A DNA stretch of 63,589 bases, counting the filler, from Intoshia linei (Eukaryota > Animalia > Orthonectida): NCBI GenBank assembly GCA_001642005.1. It is 7 parts of 7 records of this genome, joined end to end, with 100 filler letters (N's around TTAATTAATTAA, not from the genome) between each part and the next. Parts side by side here need not be neighbours in the genome. Positions count along the whole stretch, not along the records: positions 9,913 to 20,655 come from LWCA01001245.1; positions 20,756 to 48,820 come from LWCA01000420.1; 5 more parts are not named here. One strand, written 5' to 3'. The notes beneath the pieces were generated by a model. It did no database searches and was not told where the DNA came from. It saw only the letters and a list, made by a program, of their open reading frames with translations. Below are positions 13,349 through 27,300 of this stretch, piece by piece. Every line of letters starts with the position of its first letter. The first letter of the stretch is position 1. The translations under genes and the position numbers were made by a program.

Positions 13349-15161
13349 GATTAGGGTGTCACACTCATCAAAGAATGAAGGGAAATTAGCACTAAAAGTG
13401 TATTTTTAAAATAGAAAAACTAATTCGCAATCAAAAACATTTAACGCTATCTATTGTAGTTGCGTTTGGTATTTTAAATAGGGTGCATAATTATGGACCA
13501 ACAAATAAATAATATTACAAGATTTAATGTTTAATGGATTTAAAAACGAGGAACGACTGTATTTGCATCTTTCTAAATTACAAATTATACATTACATCAA
13601 TCATGTACAATCAAATTTTACGAATTATCTGGTAAGCCTTATTATCATTTTTTCACAGTACAGTCCATTGTTTTTTAAAGTCATTTTAATCTAAATTTTC
13701 ATTGATTTAAATTATAATTTGACTTGAATTACAGATATTATCAAGCTTCTTATTTCCAACAAATTTAAATTGTTAAAATCAGATTGTATATTTTGCACAT
13801 GAAATAAAACGTGATTTTTTACCTTTGTACCAAATCTGAATCACATAATCATATTATGGTAGCCACTTGGTCAATATTTTAAATATCTATATATTTATTT
13901 TTTTTTATTGCAATTTTTTACTAAAAGGTGAATAAAATGTACACCGTAGAATTTTTGAAGCAAGTTTCATGGGTCCACATGGACCCCGTTGAGAATGTCT
14001 GCATTAAAGAATTGATAATTGTGAATAGTAGGATTTTTAATTTAATATGTTTCAATTCAATTTAAATACACATAGAGTAATGCAATACACTCAAATCGAT
14101 ATAAATTAAATACATCGTATTTCATCCAATCGATGTGTAAAAATATGTATCGGGTACCGTCTGCCATCTGCAGCGCTAGTAACTGTTTGTACAAAGTACG
14201 TACAGACAAGCAAGTGTTAATACAATATAATTTTGGCTTATTTAAGAAAATTGAAAATAACGTGCAAGTGTCTCATATTTAAAAATTCGATTGTATCTTA
14301 TTTGTATTTCAGTTAACGTGTTAATCAGACTTGTTGAATTTGCGATCACACAAAACTCGCCATAACTATATGGATATAAATATATCTTTATATTAAAAAT
14401 TTTTTATGTGTGGCGCCATTCGCTTTATATCAACTTACATATAAATCTATGTCTAATTTAAATATTGATACTAAACATTCTCAATTATAGCAATTTTTGG
14501 ATTTGATGTAATTTATATATTAATCTATACTTATATTTTTAAGTTTACTGTTTTATATTCTTAATTTATATATTTCTATACTTATATATATATATCTTGA
14601 ATTATATTCGACTGTTCATAATTCATTTGAATTTAACTGGGATTTTTACAAAAATTTCTGGTCAAATAAATCATCAGGTGTATGTTCCACTAAAGATCCA
14701 TCAAAATTGAATTTTTAGTATGACTGTTTACCAAGCCAATCCCCGTGGGCGGGGTTAGGGTCACATGACCGGGACTCCAATCACGAGGGGCATGACGTTA
14801 TCAACTACAAACATGACTATATAAATAGAGAACATTTATATTATTTTTGAGCTCATTTCTCCATTTATTAATTTATGCCAAAAATTGAATAAAAATAAAC
14901 ATGAGTATTAATTATAATTAATGGATAAAAGTGTTGAAATATAAATAAACTCTTGATTACAGAGTATTATTAGATAAAAATTAATACAACTTCTGATAAA
15001 TTTTGTAATAATGTAATAATAATGTTTTTTTTGACAGTTTTATTTTCTTTGGAAACAATACATTCTTTACAAATCTGTCAAATAGAATATGTCAGAATTG
15101 TATACAGTAGAGTCAGTTTTAATATAGATACTTACATGTTAATGTTTTTAATGTATATAAT

Positions 15162-15353
15162 TGTAACGATTGGCAGAGACAAACTCAGATAAGTTCATTT
15201 TAAATAAAAAGATATCCAAATCGGGATCCGAACCTAGCCACGCAGAATACAATTATATGGCTTTATCCACTCTGCCAGTTAGACATCACAATTAAGTTAT
15301 ATCAAAAGTATATATTCGAATCTCGATTAGTATGATAGTGATGTATCAATACT
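15162..15353 (-). mobile_element. tRNA-containing LTR-like repeat, copy 1 (uninterrupted, 192 bp)
   Basis: Reads TGTAACGAT...ATCAATACT on +, with flanks ATAAT/ATAAA. Minus strand carries A box TGGCAGAGTGG, B box GGTTCGGATCC and a T5 tract. Reverse complement of 34814-35427 without its insert. Confidence 0.8.
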
Positions 15354-15715
15354 ATAAAACAAATAATTAATTATAATAATTATTAATGGCGTGTTTCTCA
15401 AACTATCATATAGAAATGTTTAAAATTGTAAACAAGATATATTGTAAGTATAATTTTTTCATTTACTAAACGTCTGATATAGTTGATAACATGTTCAAAA
15501 TTTATATATATTAACCGTTAATTTGTTTTTAAATAAGTGATGAAATCACTCACCTGAGAAATAAAAAATTTAATTTTACAATGTAGACTCTAAATTGTAT
15601 ATAGTAAAGATTGCTTATTTAATTTTACTCATGTACTGTATTAGTTAAACTATTCGCTGTCAATTCAAGGATATTATCAATTTTTGAGTCAACTGATCAT
15701 TTTTGAAATATTCAA

Positions 15716-17005
15716 ATGGACAATATTGTAGATGTGGAAGAACGTTCCCATATGTTGCCAGAATCTAATTTATTTTCACATACAAATACGTTTTCAGATG
15801 AGTTGAATTTAGAAGATTTGACCGATAAACAACTGTTAATATTGGATTTAAGATACTTTCTAATGAATCCAATTCAAAAATGGAAAGCAAAGAATAAATT
15901 TCCTTTAAAATTTACTTTGCAATTATTCAAATTATTGTTACTTTCTATTCAAGTATATATTGCTGCAATTATATATTAATAATATTGCACTGATTGATAT
16001 ACTCTAATATTTTAGATTATTATTTTTTCAAGTTTTAACAAGAATTATGTCGAAATTGAAAAAAATATTGTAAAATATTTAAAACTTCACATATTTGATA
16101 TAGAACAAAATCATATTATATACAGTTACTCCTCCCTTAATCAACAAATCGACCATATATCAAATAAAGTATTAATTATTAAAAATATTATAAAATTATA
16201 TAAATTAAATTATTATTTTTAAAATTTTTAGTTTAAAAATGTTAATTCAACACAGTCTATCAATTCATTTAGTGGAAGTAATTTTATTTGTTACGATTTA
16301 AGAATTTTGAATAATATTGAAATCACAGGTAATTAATTTTTTTTCATTTATCAAATACCCTAATTATATTCACTTTAGAGGTACTCATTAAACTTGATTT
16401 AAATAAAAATGATATTATCAAATTCAATAATGTTTTAAAAGAACGTAACATTAATATTACCAAGTTAAGATTAAAATTTATTTATTGACATGATCAATTT
16501 TTTAGAATAATTTCCGTATATATACACATGGAAGTTTTCTTTAATATACATAGCCATTTGGACCAACATAACACCATCATTGTGCATCACAGAAATATAA
16601 CAGTAATATATTTTTGATGTCATCAGGGTTTTCAAATTCTTACGATGAATCTGTAAAATTGTAAAGATGCAACCGTCTGGATAAATTTCACTCAAAATCA
16701 TTTTTGGTCTTTTCTTATCATTTATTTTTTTGATCAGATTTATAGTCTCAAATTGAAAGATTCAATTGAATATAAATAATGTAGTTAACATAAAAATGTA
16801 ATGTTAATAATTTAATTTTATTAGGTACACTTTGAAAAAAGAAGCGGATTCTATTTTAATACCGAATTTCTATTTGATATTGCTTTTAATGAATTGAAGT
16901 CAGGTACATTTTTATTTTTTATGCTAAATTTGGTTATTAAACTTTCTTTTCAATTTATGTGTAGCCATAAAAATACAATATCATGAATTGAAAGTTTTTT
17001 GTTGA
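15716..17005 (+). CDS. Mucolipin/TRPML-like gene (TM1 plus luminal domain only)
   Basis: LRYFLMNPIQKWKAKNKFPLKFTLQLFKLLLLSIQ matches the TRPML pre-S1/S1 signature. In-phase exons 15716-15952, 16016-16168, 16232-16328, 16379-16463, 16506-16602 and 16825-16903; candidate last exon 16965-17005 ends in TGA. Confidence 0.65.
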
Positions 17006-17376
17006 TGAAATCCACTATTGTGTAACACCTTTTCATCAATATGAGAATTATCACATTTTAATGATGAATGAAAATATACCTTAACTAGGTTGACTGTTAT
17101 GTACTACGTACAAACAACACCTAGCTCTGCCGAGTGAACATTTTTATTCTATCAAAAAAATAAATTCACGTTGAAAATCTAACTTAAAAATATTACTATT
17201 CACTATTATCAATCCTATAAAGTAGTGGTTCCCAAACTTGTTCCAAATGGAACATTCATATCACATTACTTTTTATTTTAAAGTGAATTAATCCATCTTA
17301 ATTTTTATCTCTTTTTTTTAATTTATTAGACAGAATGTGTGTATAATATTAAAAATAAAGTAAAAACAGTCCAATC

Positions 17377-17646
17377 CTAAAAATTGTCATAAATAGCATA
17401 AATTCCAAAAAAATAAAATTAGTCCAATACTAAAAATTGTCATAAAGGTGTGAGTTTTGGAAATTGAAATTTATATTATTATATGTAAAAATTGTCATAA
17501 ATAGCATAAATTCCAGAAAAAATAAAATTAAGAAACCTATTTTGTCATTTTCAATGTGATGACATATATTCAGTATCAATTTAATAAATGAACCTATTTT
17601 GTTATTTTCAATGTCATGATATATATTCAGTACCAATTTAATAAAG
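17377..17646. repeat. Local tandem duplications (~46-bp and ~56-bp units)
   Basis: AAAAATTGTCATAAATAGCATAAATTCC recurs, and AACCTATTTTGT.ATTTTCAATGT.ATGA.ATATATTCAGTA.CAATTTAATAAA occurs twice. Confidence 0.7.
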
Positions 17647-17839
17647 ACTTAAAAATACCAATTATGTATCAATAATTAACCGAATCTTTACTTGATAAAC
17701 ATATTTTAGTTGAATTTTACCAATAATTGATTAATTACAAAGGATTTTAATAAATATAAAAATGATAATAACAAATTTTTATTACTTTTAGTAATCGTTG
17801 TGGTAGTTTTAATTTAAATTTGGTATTTATATATATAGA

Positions 17840-18396
17840 TATATTAACTGGAATAAGCTCTATCAGAATAATCTTTTTTTTTTAATTTTTGGACCGTTAA
17901 TTATTTCACATTTTTGGTTTTAATAAAATATTTCGGAAAAAAAATATATGAATACTAAAATGCTTTTTTGACTGTGAAGGCGTCACTTATTCAGATTGAA
18001 ATTTTTTTGTGTGTGTTAACAAGATACAACTGTACCACCTGTAAATTTTTTTAAATTCTATAGCTGTTTTCATTAAAAAAAAGGTAATTTGTGGTTTTGG
18101 CCCTGAAGATATATTTTTTTTAAATTTTCGAACTCGTTTGATTTTTAAAAAAAGGACAATTGGGCTTTTTGACCCGTAAGATGTGAGTTTGGGAGGTTGA
18201 AATTTATCTTATTATACGTGGTTTTTGACCCTTAAGATGTGAAATTGGGAGGTTGAAATTTATCTTATTATACGCGGAAAAAACTAATTGAAATGTGGAC
18301 TTTATAAAATTATAAGACTGGTAGTTATTGAAATAAACGGTAACACACACACAAACAAATATTGCATAGCATATTATAATATGTAATAAGTAAGGA
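17840..18396 (-). mobile_element. Helitron-like non-autonomous repeat
   Basis: Minus-strand 5' end A|TCCTTACTTATT...TTTGTTTGTGTGTGTGTTACCG. Reverse complement of 38155-38700. No TIR or TSD. Confidence 0.6.
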
Positions 18397-19181
18397 TTGA
18401 GTTGTTATAATTATTGTATTGCTAGAATGAAATAAGTGACAAAATGCATTAATTAATTGTTCTTATTATTCTTAATATGATGATTAATAATTTATATTTT
18501 CTTAAGTTCTTCATTAGTAAAATTCTATAGGCGGCTTCTACCGCATACTAATAATATTTCAGTTGTGGGGCGCGACACTTATACATTTTACACTTATGTA
18601 TTATAGAATGTAAAATTACTAATGTATAAATACGTTATTTATAAATATACATTATCTAATAATTATAATTTAGATTTCATGTTTCCACCTATGTATCTTT
18701 TTATATTTGATACTGTGGTCACGCTGTGTGTTCTTATATCATTAATTTTGACAGTACGTAGTGTTTGCCGTTCAAACATCTTACGAAAGGTAATTTAAAG
18801 TATTTTGCAATATAGTTATGTATTCATAATTTGTCAATATATGTTTTACGGTGGTTTGAGGAATCATGTTGCAAAAAACTTTTATAATTACATTGCAACC
18901 CTGTTTTGAGGCAAAACAATAATTTCATGTCATGTGTTTTTCATAATTTTGTAATTTACAAATATTTGTTAAAATGATTATTAAAAATTATAATTTTATT
19001 TTATTTTGTTTTTGGTATTAACTCAAATATATTTTTTTTCCAAAAAAACTAAATAGAAGCGTTTTAATTATATAATAATTTATTAATTCATGACCACTAA
19101 AATATTTCGTCTAATACAATCCGACCCCTTTTTGGGGTGAAACTTGGTAGCGGACATCCAGAGTTTCCAGATTTTATTTAT

Positions 19182-19605
19182 TTAAAATCGATCATTTTGA
19201 AATTTTTGTTTTCGATGTGTACAGTGTACACATCCTGTTTTCATGTTTTCGGATTCAAAGCATACTACTTGCATTTCCATTCCATCCACCCGCTTTCCGT
19301 CAAAATGAAGACTTAATTTTTCGTTTTTCAAATATTTTTTTAATTGTATCCACGATGATTTCATTTCTTTGCGCTTCGCTTTCCAGATTGAAACATGACT
19401 TGGCGTTTCATTTTAATAATTCAGCGATAACACTCGCCGATTTTCGTGAAGACAATTTAATTTTTCTCGAAATATTTACTCCTTCTTTTGAGGATGAATA
19501 AGGCTTTAAAATAATTGGCTCATCATATGACTCATCCGCGGAGACGTTACTTTCAAAATAACTGTCAGTGATCGTCCGAAAATCGAAATTTTTAGGTACC
19601 AGCAC
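19182..19605 (-). mobile_element. DNA transposase N-terminal remnant (HFDGK motif, possibly hATm-type)
   Basis: Two broken ORFs; KLSLHFDGKRVDGMEMQVVC. Family assignment is from memory of the motif. Confidence 0.4.
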
Positions 19606-19629
19606 ATTTAAAAATAATTAATCAATAAA

Positions 19630-20503
19630 TAATCAAAAATTAATTATTATAAAAAACGATGCATTTTATTTGGCAGATATTTTTAAAAAATGCAATGAAT
19701 GTAATTTACAATTACAAGGAAATAATTTGACACTGATATGCTGCAACAAAATTATCTCAATGTTTATTAAAAAATTACAAATCTTTAGTTATAATTTAGC
19801 AAAAAAGAAATTATACCAATTTCCTAGATTGCTTTCAATAAAAAACGAAATAAATTGTACTGATATAAAGAGATTTGTTGATCACATCAAAATAAATAAA
19901 TCTAAAAATAAATGATTGGATGACCGATTCATTTTCTGCTGATATCAGAGATGCTGATATTGCATGTCAAGAAGAATTGTTAGAAATTCAACATGATGAA
20001 AAATGTTTAAATGAATATAAGGTAGGTAATTATATACAAATGTGGCAACAAAATATTAGAATATCTCAACTTTATCCAAATATATGGAAACAAATTCTGA
20101 ACTTAATAATTTTCTTTCCATCTTCATATTTAGTTGAAAAAGGTTTTAGTGCCGTAAATCACATAATGTCAAAGAAAAGAATTAATATGGATATTATTAA
20201 AAGAGGAAATTCGTTTATTCCTGTCAGAAATGGAACCCAATATAAAAATATTGGTTAACGACCATTAAGCGCAAGGATCACATTAAATTTAATTATCTTA
20301 TTCGCTAATAATACTTTATTTTATTTAGTTTCCATTCAGTTCGAAACAAAATAAATGTATTTGTTCGTGCATACAATATATATAACGTTACATTTTGAAA
20401 TTAAAGTTTTATTTTTATTGGGTAATAAAAATAATATATTTACAATAATGTTAATAAAATTCTAAAAAATGGGCGATAACGCAAAATGGGTTTGGAAACA
20501 CTG
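19630..20503 (+). mobile_element. Buster/Charlie-type hAT transposase 3' remnant
   Basis: LADIFKKCNECNLQLQG, CQEELLEIQHDE, FPSSYLVEKGFSAV and terminal AQGSH*, followed by TIR GGTTTGGAAACACTG ending at 20503. Confidence 0.85.
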
Positions 20504-20755
20504 ATCTACATGATCAATTATAGATGTAGACTACATCTACTACTCTACTCTACAGAGCAAATATAGAGGGATCTGACATTGAGACTTTTTTTAAAATTAA
20601 AATTGCAATTCCTTTTTTTGATTCTATTTTAGCTGAACTCAGCCTACGATTTTTCNNNNNNNNNNNNNNNNNNNNNNNNNNNNNNNNNNNNNNNNNNNNT
20701 TAATTAATTAANNNNNNNNNNNNNNNNNNNNNNNNNNNNNNNNNNNNNNNNNNNN

Positions 20756-20991
20756 ATGCGCTTAAATTGATAAAGACGTTTACCGTAAGTGGTTGCAAAT
20801 GCTGTTTTTAGTCTGTCTTCTATTGCTATTAGAATTTGCCAAAATCCACTACAGAGGTCTAGAGTAGTAAATATTTTTGTGTTAGACAGCTGTTCTAAGC
20901 ATAATTTTAGAATTGGAGTTGGATAAGAGTCTGGTTTAGTTAAAGCGTTAAGGTTTCGATAATTCACCACGAAACGATATTTAAAATACAA
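20756..20991 (-). mobile_element. Ty3/Gypsy reverse transcriptase fragment
   Basis: YRFVVNYRNLNALTKPDSYPTP...FTTLDLCSGFWQI...KTAFAT. Cut by the gap on one side and a hAT end (GGTTGGGAAGCCCTG, ~21029) on the other. Confidence 0.85.
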
Positions 20992-23149
20992 AAAGTGAGC
21001 GATGCATGAAAAAAGGTTGGGAAGCCCTGCTCTAGTTGAAAACGCTTTTGATTTTATTAATAAATTAAATTTTTAGGCTGTTTAATTTTTTAAACAAAAT
21101 TGAAAATTAGGTTTTTACCCTGAAGGATTCAAATTCGGATAGTGAAAAATAGATATAAACACGCTCTGGTAAAAACTATATTAGAAAGTATAATATAGAT
21201 ATTTTAAGTTATAAGACTGTCATTTTTTAAATAAACGGTAACAGACACACACCGAGATTCAATTTTATATAAGTAAAGTTTATATTCGTTTCGGAAATAT
21301 TTTAAATATATCAATTTTATGATCGGCGCACCTATATTTTGATGGCAGCATCCAGAGCTGAACTTAACATGCTCGAGGATATCAAAAAATCAAAAATAGG
21401 CTCCTTTAATATGTTCAATGACGATGCATAATGTTATATATTTCATAACCACTTATCGTGCATCGTTCACTGATCTTGATATAGTCTATATGACAGTTTA
21501 AATTTAACACAAAAAAAAAGTTATGATATTAAAAAATACATTATTTTTAAATGCTCAATTTGGAAAAATAATGCCTCTTTATTATAAAAATTTCGGTTCT
21601 ATTCAAATAAAATGCATACATGCAGCATGCACTACATTGAATAATCAACGTCTAATCTTGTGATTTTAAATATACATTATTTGTTAGCATTAATATGTAA
21701 TTAATACTAACTGATTATTTAAAATAATTAATTGAATTGTAAGTAATCTTATTCATAATGTGTCTGTTAATTTTAAGTTATTTAGTTACAACAAAGTTAT
21801 TAAGTTATTAAAAAATGACTGAAATTGTTTATATTTGGAATATAATCAATATTCACTATATAACGATATTAATATGATTTTTACACATTTGGAGCGTTCA
21901 TCTCATGACATAAAAATGCATGTAAATTTATCAAAACGGAAAGCACATTTGAGACGCCATCAAGTTTTGAACGGTTTGAAGTATGTCAGTAAAAATAGAA
22001 AATATAGCCAATTTATACAAATTACTCGATAAAAATTTTTCAACATATAAAAAAATAAATACATATAATCTATAAATCAATAATATGAAATAAGAAAGAT
22101 TCAGTATTGATTAAGGGTTCATATAAAAACGTATTTTAATTAAATCATAATGGATTTGTAATTGTAAAGTACACCTTGTAACATTAATAATGTATATCAA
22201 TATACAATTTAATTGATTTTCCTCTATCTAATTGGTAAATGGTGGCTAATTAAAGGTCGCGGAGAGTCAACAGTGAGCATGGATCAGGTGAAAAATGTGG
22301 ATCCTATAATATATGATTCTACAGTGATAATCAACCTATAACCGCAGGTTTTAATTTTGAAATATATTTTGAAATTCTTTATTGGCCGAATATTTTTAAT
22401 AATTTTAAAAGGTTTTGTGTCTTTGTTTAAAAAATTTTTTTTCATAGATTTTATAACAATAAATAAAAATTGGCCCATGAGGGTTTTAATTATTTTATAT
22501 TGATAAAATGTGATTCTTTTGAAAAAATTATGAAAACCTCTGTCCTATATTAACAACAAAAAAATTTGGTTACTCTATCCATGTTTTAATCCAGTGATTG
22601 ACAAAATAAATTCAGCATTATCGTGTTAGTGTAAAAAAATTAAATCAACCTTTTTCAAATAATTTTTAAACTAAACACCTATCACTTTAGAATATTAGGC
22701 CCGTCATAGGGTTCCTAGACTCCTTATACTGCAGTAATTGATATTTTTTGCTTCGAATTTGATGAAAATGGAATATTGAATGATCAAAATTGAATCGAAT
22801 GGTAGTTTAGACATTAAACGTTGAGATATAATTCACTAATTTTAATCCTTATTTATATAAAGTAACATAATAAATGTTTATTGCTTTTGACGAGTTCTTC
22901 GGATAAGAATGCTGAATCAGCACTACTGAAAACTGTAAATTGCACAACAATCAATTTTCATCTATAACATTAACAATACAAATTCATACCTTTTAAAAAT
23001 TAAAGAGTTTATCTATATTTCGTAGATTTTGTATTCGATTTTGCATTTTTACGGTTGTAACGTTTCATCTGCATAAATTAAATTTCATATTACTAAGTTC
23101 AAATCAACTTATATGTAAATTTTATATTAAGTTCAAATATACCATGACG

Positions 23150-23376
23150 CAGGACCGTGGAGAGGTGCTAGATCCACATGACCCGGACCTACTATCACGA
23201 GGGGTTACTATTATAATTTATTAATAGGTAATGTTGGAAATTTTCATTTTGATGATGACCAATGCTATTTCCAACTGTTATTTTTAACTTTTAGACAATA
23301 AACTACATTAATGTATAGAAGTCCCTTTTTAAAAAAAATATTTCCTATGGGCCTACGGCTGTTCTCCACGGTCCTG
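23150..23376. mobile_element. hAT-like MITE (227 bp)
   Basis: TIRs CAGGACCGTGGAGA / TCTCCACGGTCCTG; flanks CCATGACG/CATTGAAG (weak TSD). Internal CACATGACC..ATCACGAGGGG is shared with ~14762-14790. Confidence 0.65.
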
Positions 23377-23613
23377 CATTGAAGTAGAATTATTTTAGTA
23401 ATGACCTTCCTGTTTTATTGTAACCACTTTTCGATTAAAACTTACGCTCAGATCGTATAGTGTTTTCTGTCATTTTTTTGACTCAGAGACGAACCTATCG
23501 TACTGTGAGACTCCTCTATGGGACCTCGACGCAATTTTTATAAAATAGTAGCTTACTTTTTTCAATTAAAGATTAAAAAAAATTATATTGTTGAATATCA
23601 ACATCAATACATC

Positions 23614-23892
23614 GCAGTGTTAGAGTTATAATGTTCTATCTGCAATTTTTTCAAATAAAATAGTTTGACAGATTGTTCCATTAGTGAAATTTAAGTTCTG
23701 AAAAACCCTTATGTTTTTATTTTTATCGTACGAAACTTTTCAATGTACTTGAACAAATTTTAAAAAACTAAATTGTATAATTAAATTTCAACATAAAAAT
23801 TATATTTTAGGCATTATAGTACTTTTAAACTTTAAAGTCGATTTATGAAAATCTATGTTGATGCAGATAGAACATTATAACTCTAACACTGC
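23614..23892. repeat. Perfect 31-bp inverted repeat
   Basis: GCAGTGTTAGAGTTATAATGTTCTATCTGCA (23614-23644) and its reverse complement (23862-23892). Confidence 0.8.
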
Positions 23893-24367
23893 AATATGTA
23901 ATGTTAATAACTTAAACTGTAAAGTCCAGATCCACGAAGAGATGACCAGGTGCTATATGACACTACACGTCCTTTGCGAAAAATATAAAATTGGTAGATT
24001 TGGTTCTGTACGTAAAAATCAACAATGTTGAATTTTGTCGGATTGTGCCGGCTCGTGTCTCAAATGGTGTCTTAAAATTATAGTACCGACAGGAAGGTCC
24101 AAAGCTAGTCTACCGGTCCATCTCTTCGGGAAACCTCGAAAAAAATGTTTAAATTTGAAGTCTAACTTTTAACCTTCAGGTTTGACTTTTAAAATTTTCA
24201 TTCAAATCAAAAAACTACCGAAACAGAAAATGATTGAGAATATTTTTAAATTATAAAATTAAAATTATTTTTAGATAGGTATAAAACATGTTTACAAAAT
24301 TAATCAAAAACAATCCTAAAAAAAAGGTGAAAAGCAGGTAAATTCCAAAATAAACCTATTAAAAAAC

Positions 24368-27300
24368 ATGAATATACAAACCAAAGATGAACAATCAAAC
24401 TCAATTGATAATTACAGTAAATTAATGCGAAACATTTTAAACTCGAATAAAAATTACACAAGTTATAAAAGTAATTTAGAATTAAAAAATTTGAATTCAA
24501 TCAAAAATCTATTGCCAATGAAAGATGAAATGGAAACAAAAATGAAATATAAGCTATATAAAAAGTATAAACCTTTAAAAAGAAATAAAAACACAAAACG
24601 AATAAGGATGAATACTAAATATATAATGTTTAAAAAAATGAAAACTACAAGGTTGAAAAAAATTGTTAAATTTAGCATAAACTGTCAAACCAAATTAAAA
24701 CAAACAAATTTTAAAACTGTAAAAAGTATTGACAAATATGAAATTGATAGACACGAGTCTATTATTCTAGTTCATCGATCGATGAATTTAGTAAATGGGT
24801 GTAATTTGGATAAATTGAATAAAATGCTAGTAAACACGTCATTGATAAACCAAGTTGGCAATTACAAAAAGAATTACATAGTTTTTGGTAAAAACATTAA
24901 AGTGCTAATGAGTATAAAATTTGATTTCTCAAATGAATGGAATTTTAACGAGGTAAATAATAATAAACTGAGTAAATATAAAGTAATGCAATGTAATGTA
25001 ATGAATAAAAAGTGTACTAGAAAACAATGCACCCTTAGAAAAAATGTCAAATCAGAAAACAATATAATATCGACACAATGCGATGCTGATCGTAGACTGA
25101 ATGGAAAATTTGATACATGTGTTTTATATAATGAAAAAAACAATAGTAAAAGTTATAAGCGTGAAAAAAAGGAAGTTTTTAAAAAATTGTACAAATCACA
25201 AGAATCTGACTATATAAACATTGCATCGTATATTTCGTTGACTAAATTTCATTCTGTAATAAATAATTGTCTTTTAATCGATATTTTGGTAAATTTGAAC
25301 GAGACTAGAGCGGAAAAATTAGTCTGCAGTATTTACAAATCAATAAAACGGATTGATTCAGTTTTATATAAAAATAAATTACACAAAAATCGAGTTTGCA
25401 AATTTTTCCAAAATTTAAAAAAACATAAGTCTAAGCATAAACTTAAAAGTTTAATTACACATCGATATTTTTCAAAAAAGGTTTTGATACAAGTTTACAA
25501 GATTATCGATAATTATCAAGTTTTACAAAGTTCTCAATATTCAATGGGACAAAATTGGTCCAATATAGAACAAAAAATTGAACTATTCAACGTAGAAAAA
25601 CAATTCAATAGTTATCAAAATACAACTAAAAAATTCAACAGCTGGCCAAATTCTTGGGTCGAACCAAGGAATACTAATACTTTGAATGTGACCAACTTAA
25701 ATAGTAGAGCATTGTCGGTGGATTATGATTGTTTGTGCAAAAACACACAGTGCGAATGTTTATTAAACGATGAAAACATGCCTAATCCAGCTAAATTAGA
25801 TACATTGGCAACAACAATCAGTCCCGCATCTAAGGATTATCAAGTCTACATAAACTGTTCAAATGATTTAGATAATCTAAAACATATATCCGAGATATCT
25901 ACCGATCACATCAAATCATTTAGTTGTGAGAAGGATTATAATTATTCAAATTTGTCTTGTTTAGAATCTCAAACATTTGATAATTATTTTGAAAATTTTA
26001 ACACCAATTTCAGTACTATTGATTCAAATATAACAGAAAAAAGTTGTATTAAAAGGCCATCATCTTCCAACAGTTTTTCTTCCAGAATTAGACAAAGTTT
26101 TGACAAGTATGATTTAAAAACGTTAATTAGTGGAGCTAAAAAAGAAATTAAGCGAAAAATATCAAATATTGTGAATTACACACCAATTAAAAATAAAAAA
26201 GAATATTCATCACAAATGAATGTCATGAACGTAATCTCAAGAAAATGTGAACTTGTAAGTAAAACAATGGATAAAGTAAATATAAAAAAGAAGGAAAAAT
26301 CTTTATTTAAAAACAAAAATCGTAAGCTTTACGATAGAGGTCAAAATCATTTGAGTGGTTCAGATATTTTCATTAACAATTCAGGGAATACAAATAGAAA
26401 CGATTCAATTACAAAATCTCAAAATGTATACAAAATTGAAAAATGTAAAACCTCAAAATCGACAATATTTAGACATTTTAGTCATAAAAGTAAGAAACAT
26501 GAAAATTCATTGAATGATTCAAATTCAACATTAATTCATGTAGATTCAGGTTTTGACTCTACCAGTAATTCGAGACTTAATTTGCATCAATCAAATGTTG
26601 ATTTAAATTATGATACAAACTCCAATTCCAATTCAAAATATAAATTAAATTTACACGCAAAAAATAAAGAAATTAATAGTTTTCCGGTGGGTGAATTCAA
26701 AATACAAAATTCTTTAATGTCTCAAAATTTAGAAAACTCGCATAATTTACAAAATTCTACATTCAGTTTAACTTCTGAATTCGTAAATTTAGATAATCCA
26801 AACATTTATTGTTCTTCTTGTAATCTAAAACATCAAGAGTTTCATTTTAATGGTAGATATTATTCTACTGTAGGAAATTGTAATAATTTAATTTATCAAT
26901 CAAATAATTCCATGAATCAAAATGTCAATCCAAAATCTTTAACCAAGAAAAGAAGCTTCTTCGATAAAATTTTTAAACGCAAAAAAATTGATTTATATGA
27001 CAATTCTCATATCATGTATACTTCTGCTTACAATTTACAATATCCAAATGAAAAAGTAGACAAGGATTTAAATATCAATGTCAATGTTTTTAAAAATGAT
27101 AAAATTGTTTTAAAAACTTTACAAGAAGAACCTGTCTATTATAATCAATTTAAGGTAAATTAATAAATTTTAATTATAATTATTTCAAATTACACCAAAT
27201 TTATTTTTTCTTTAGGTTCAACCCAGTCTAGAGTCAGAATATAGCACGTGGTAATATTTTAATTTACACAATAAGGAAATGTTTTCAAATGAAATTTTTA

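Noticed and set aside
24300-25143. Antisense ORFs inside the long exon (also 31222-31461, 40858-41040, 42356-42574)
   Set aside because: Shadow frames of real coding exons with Phe/Leu/Ile-biased composition.
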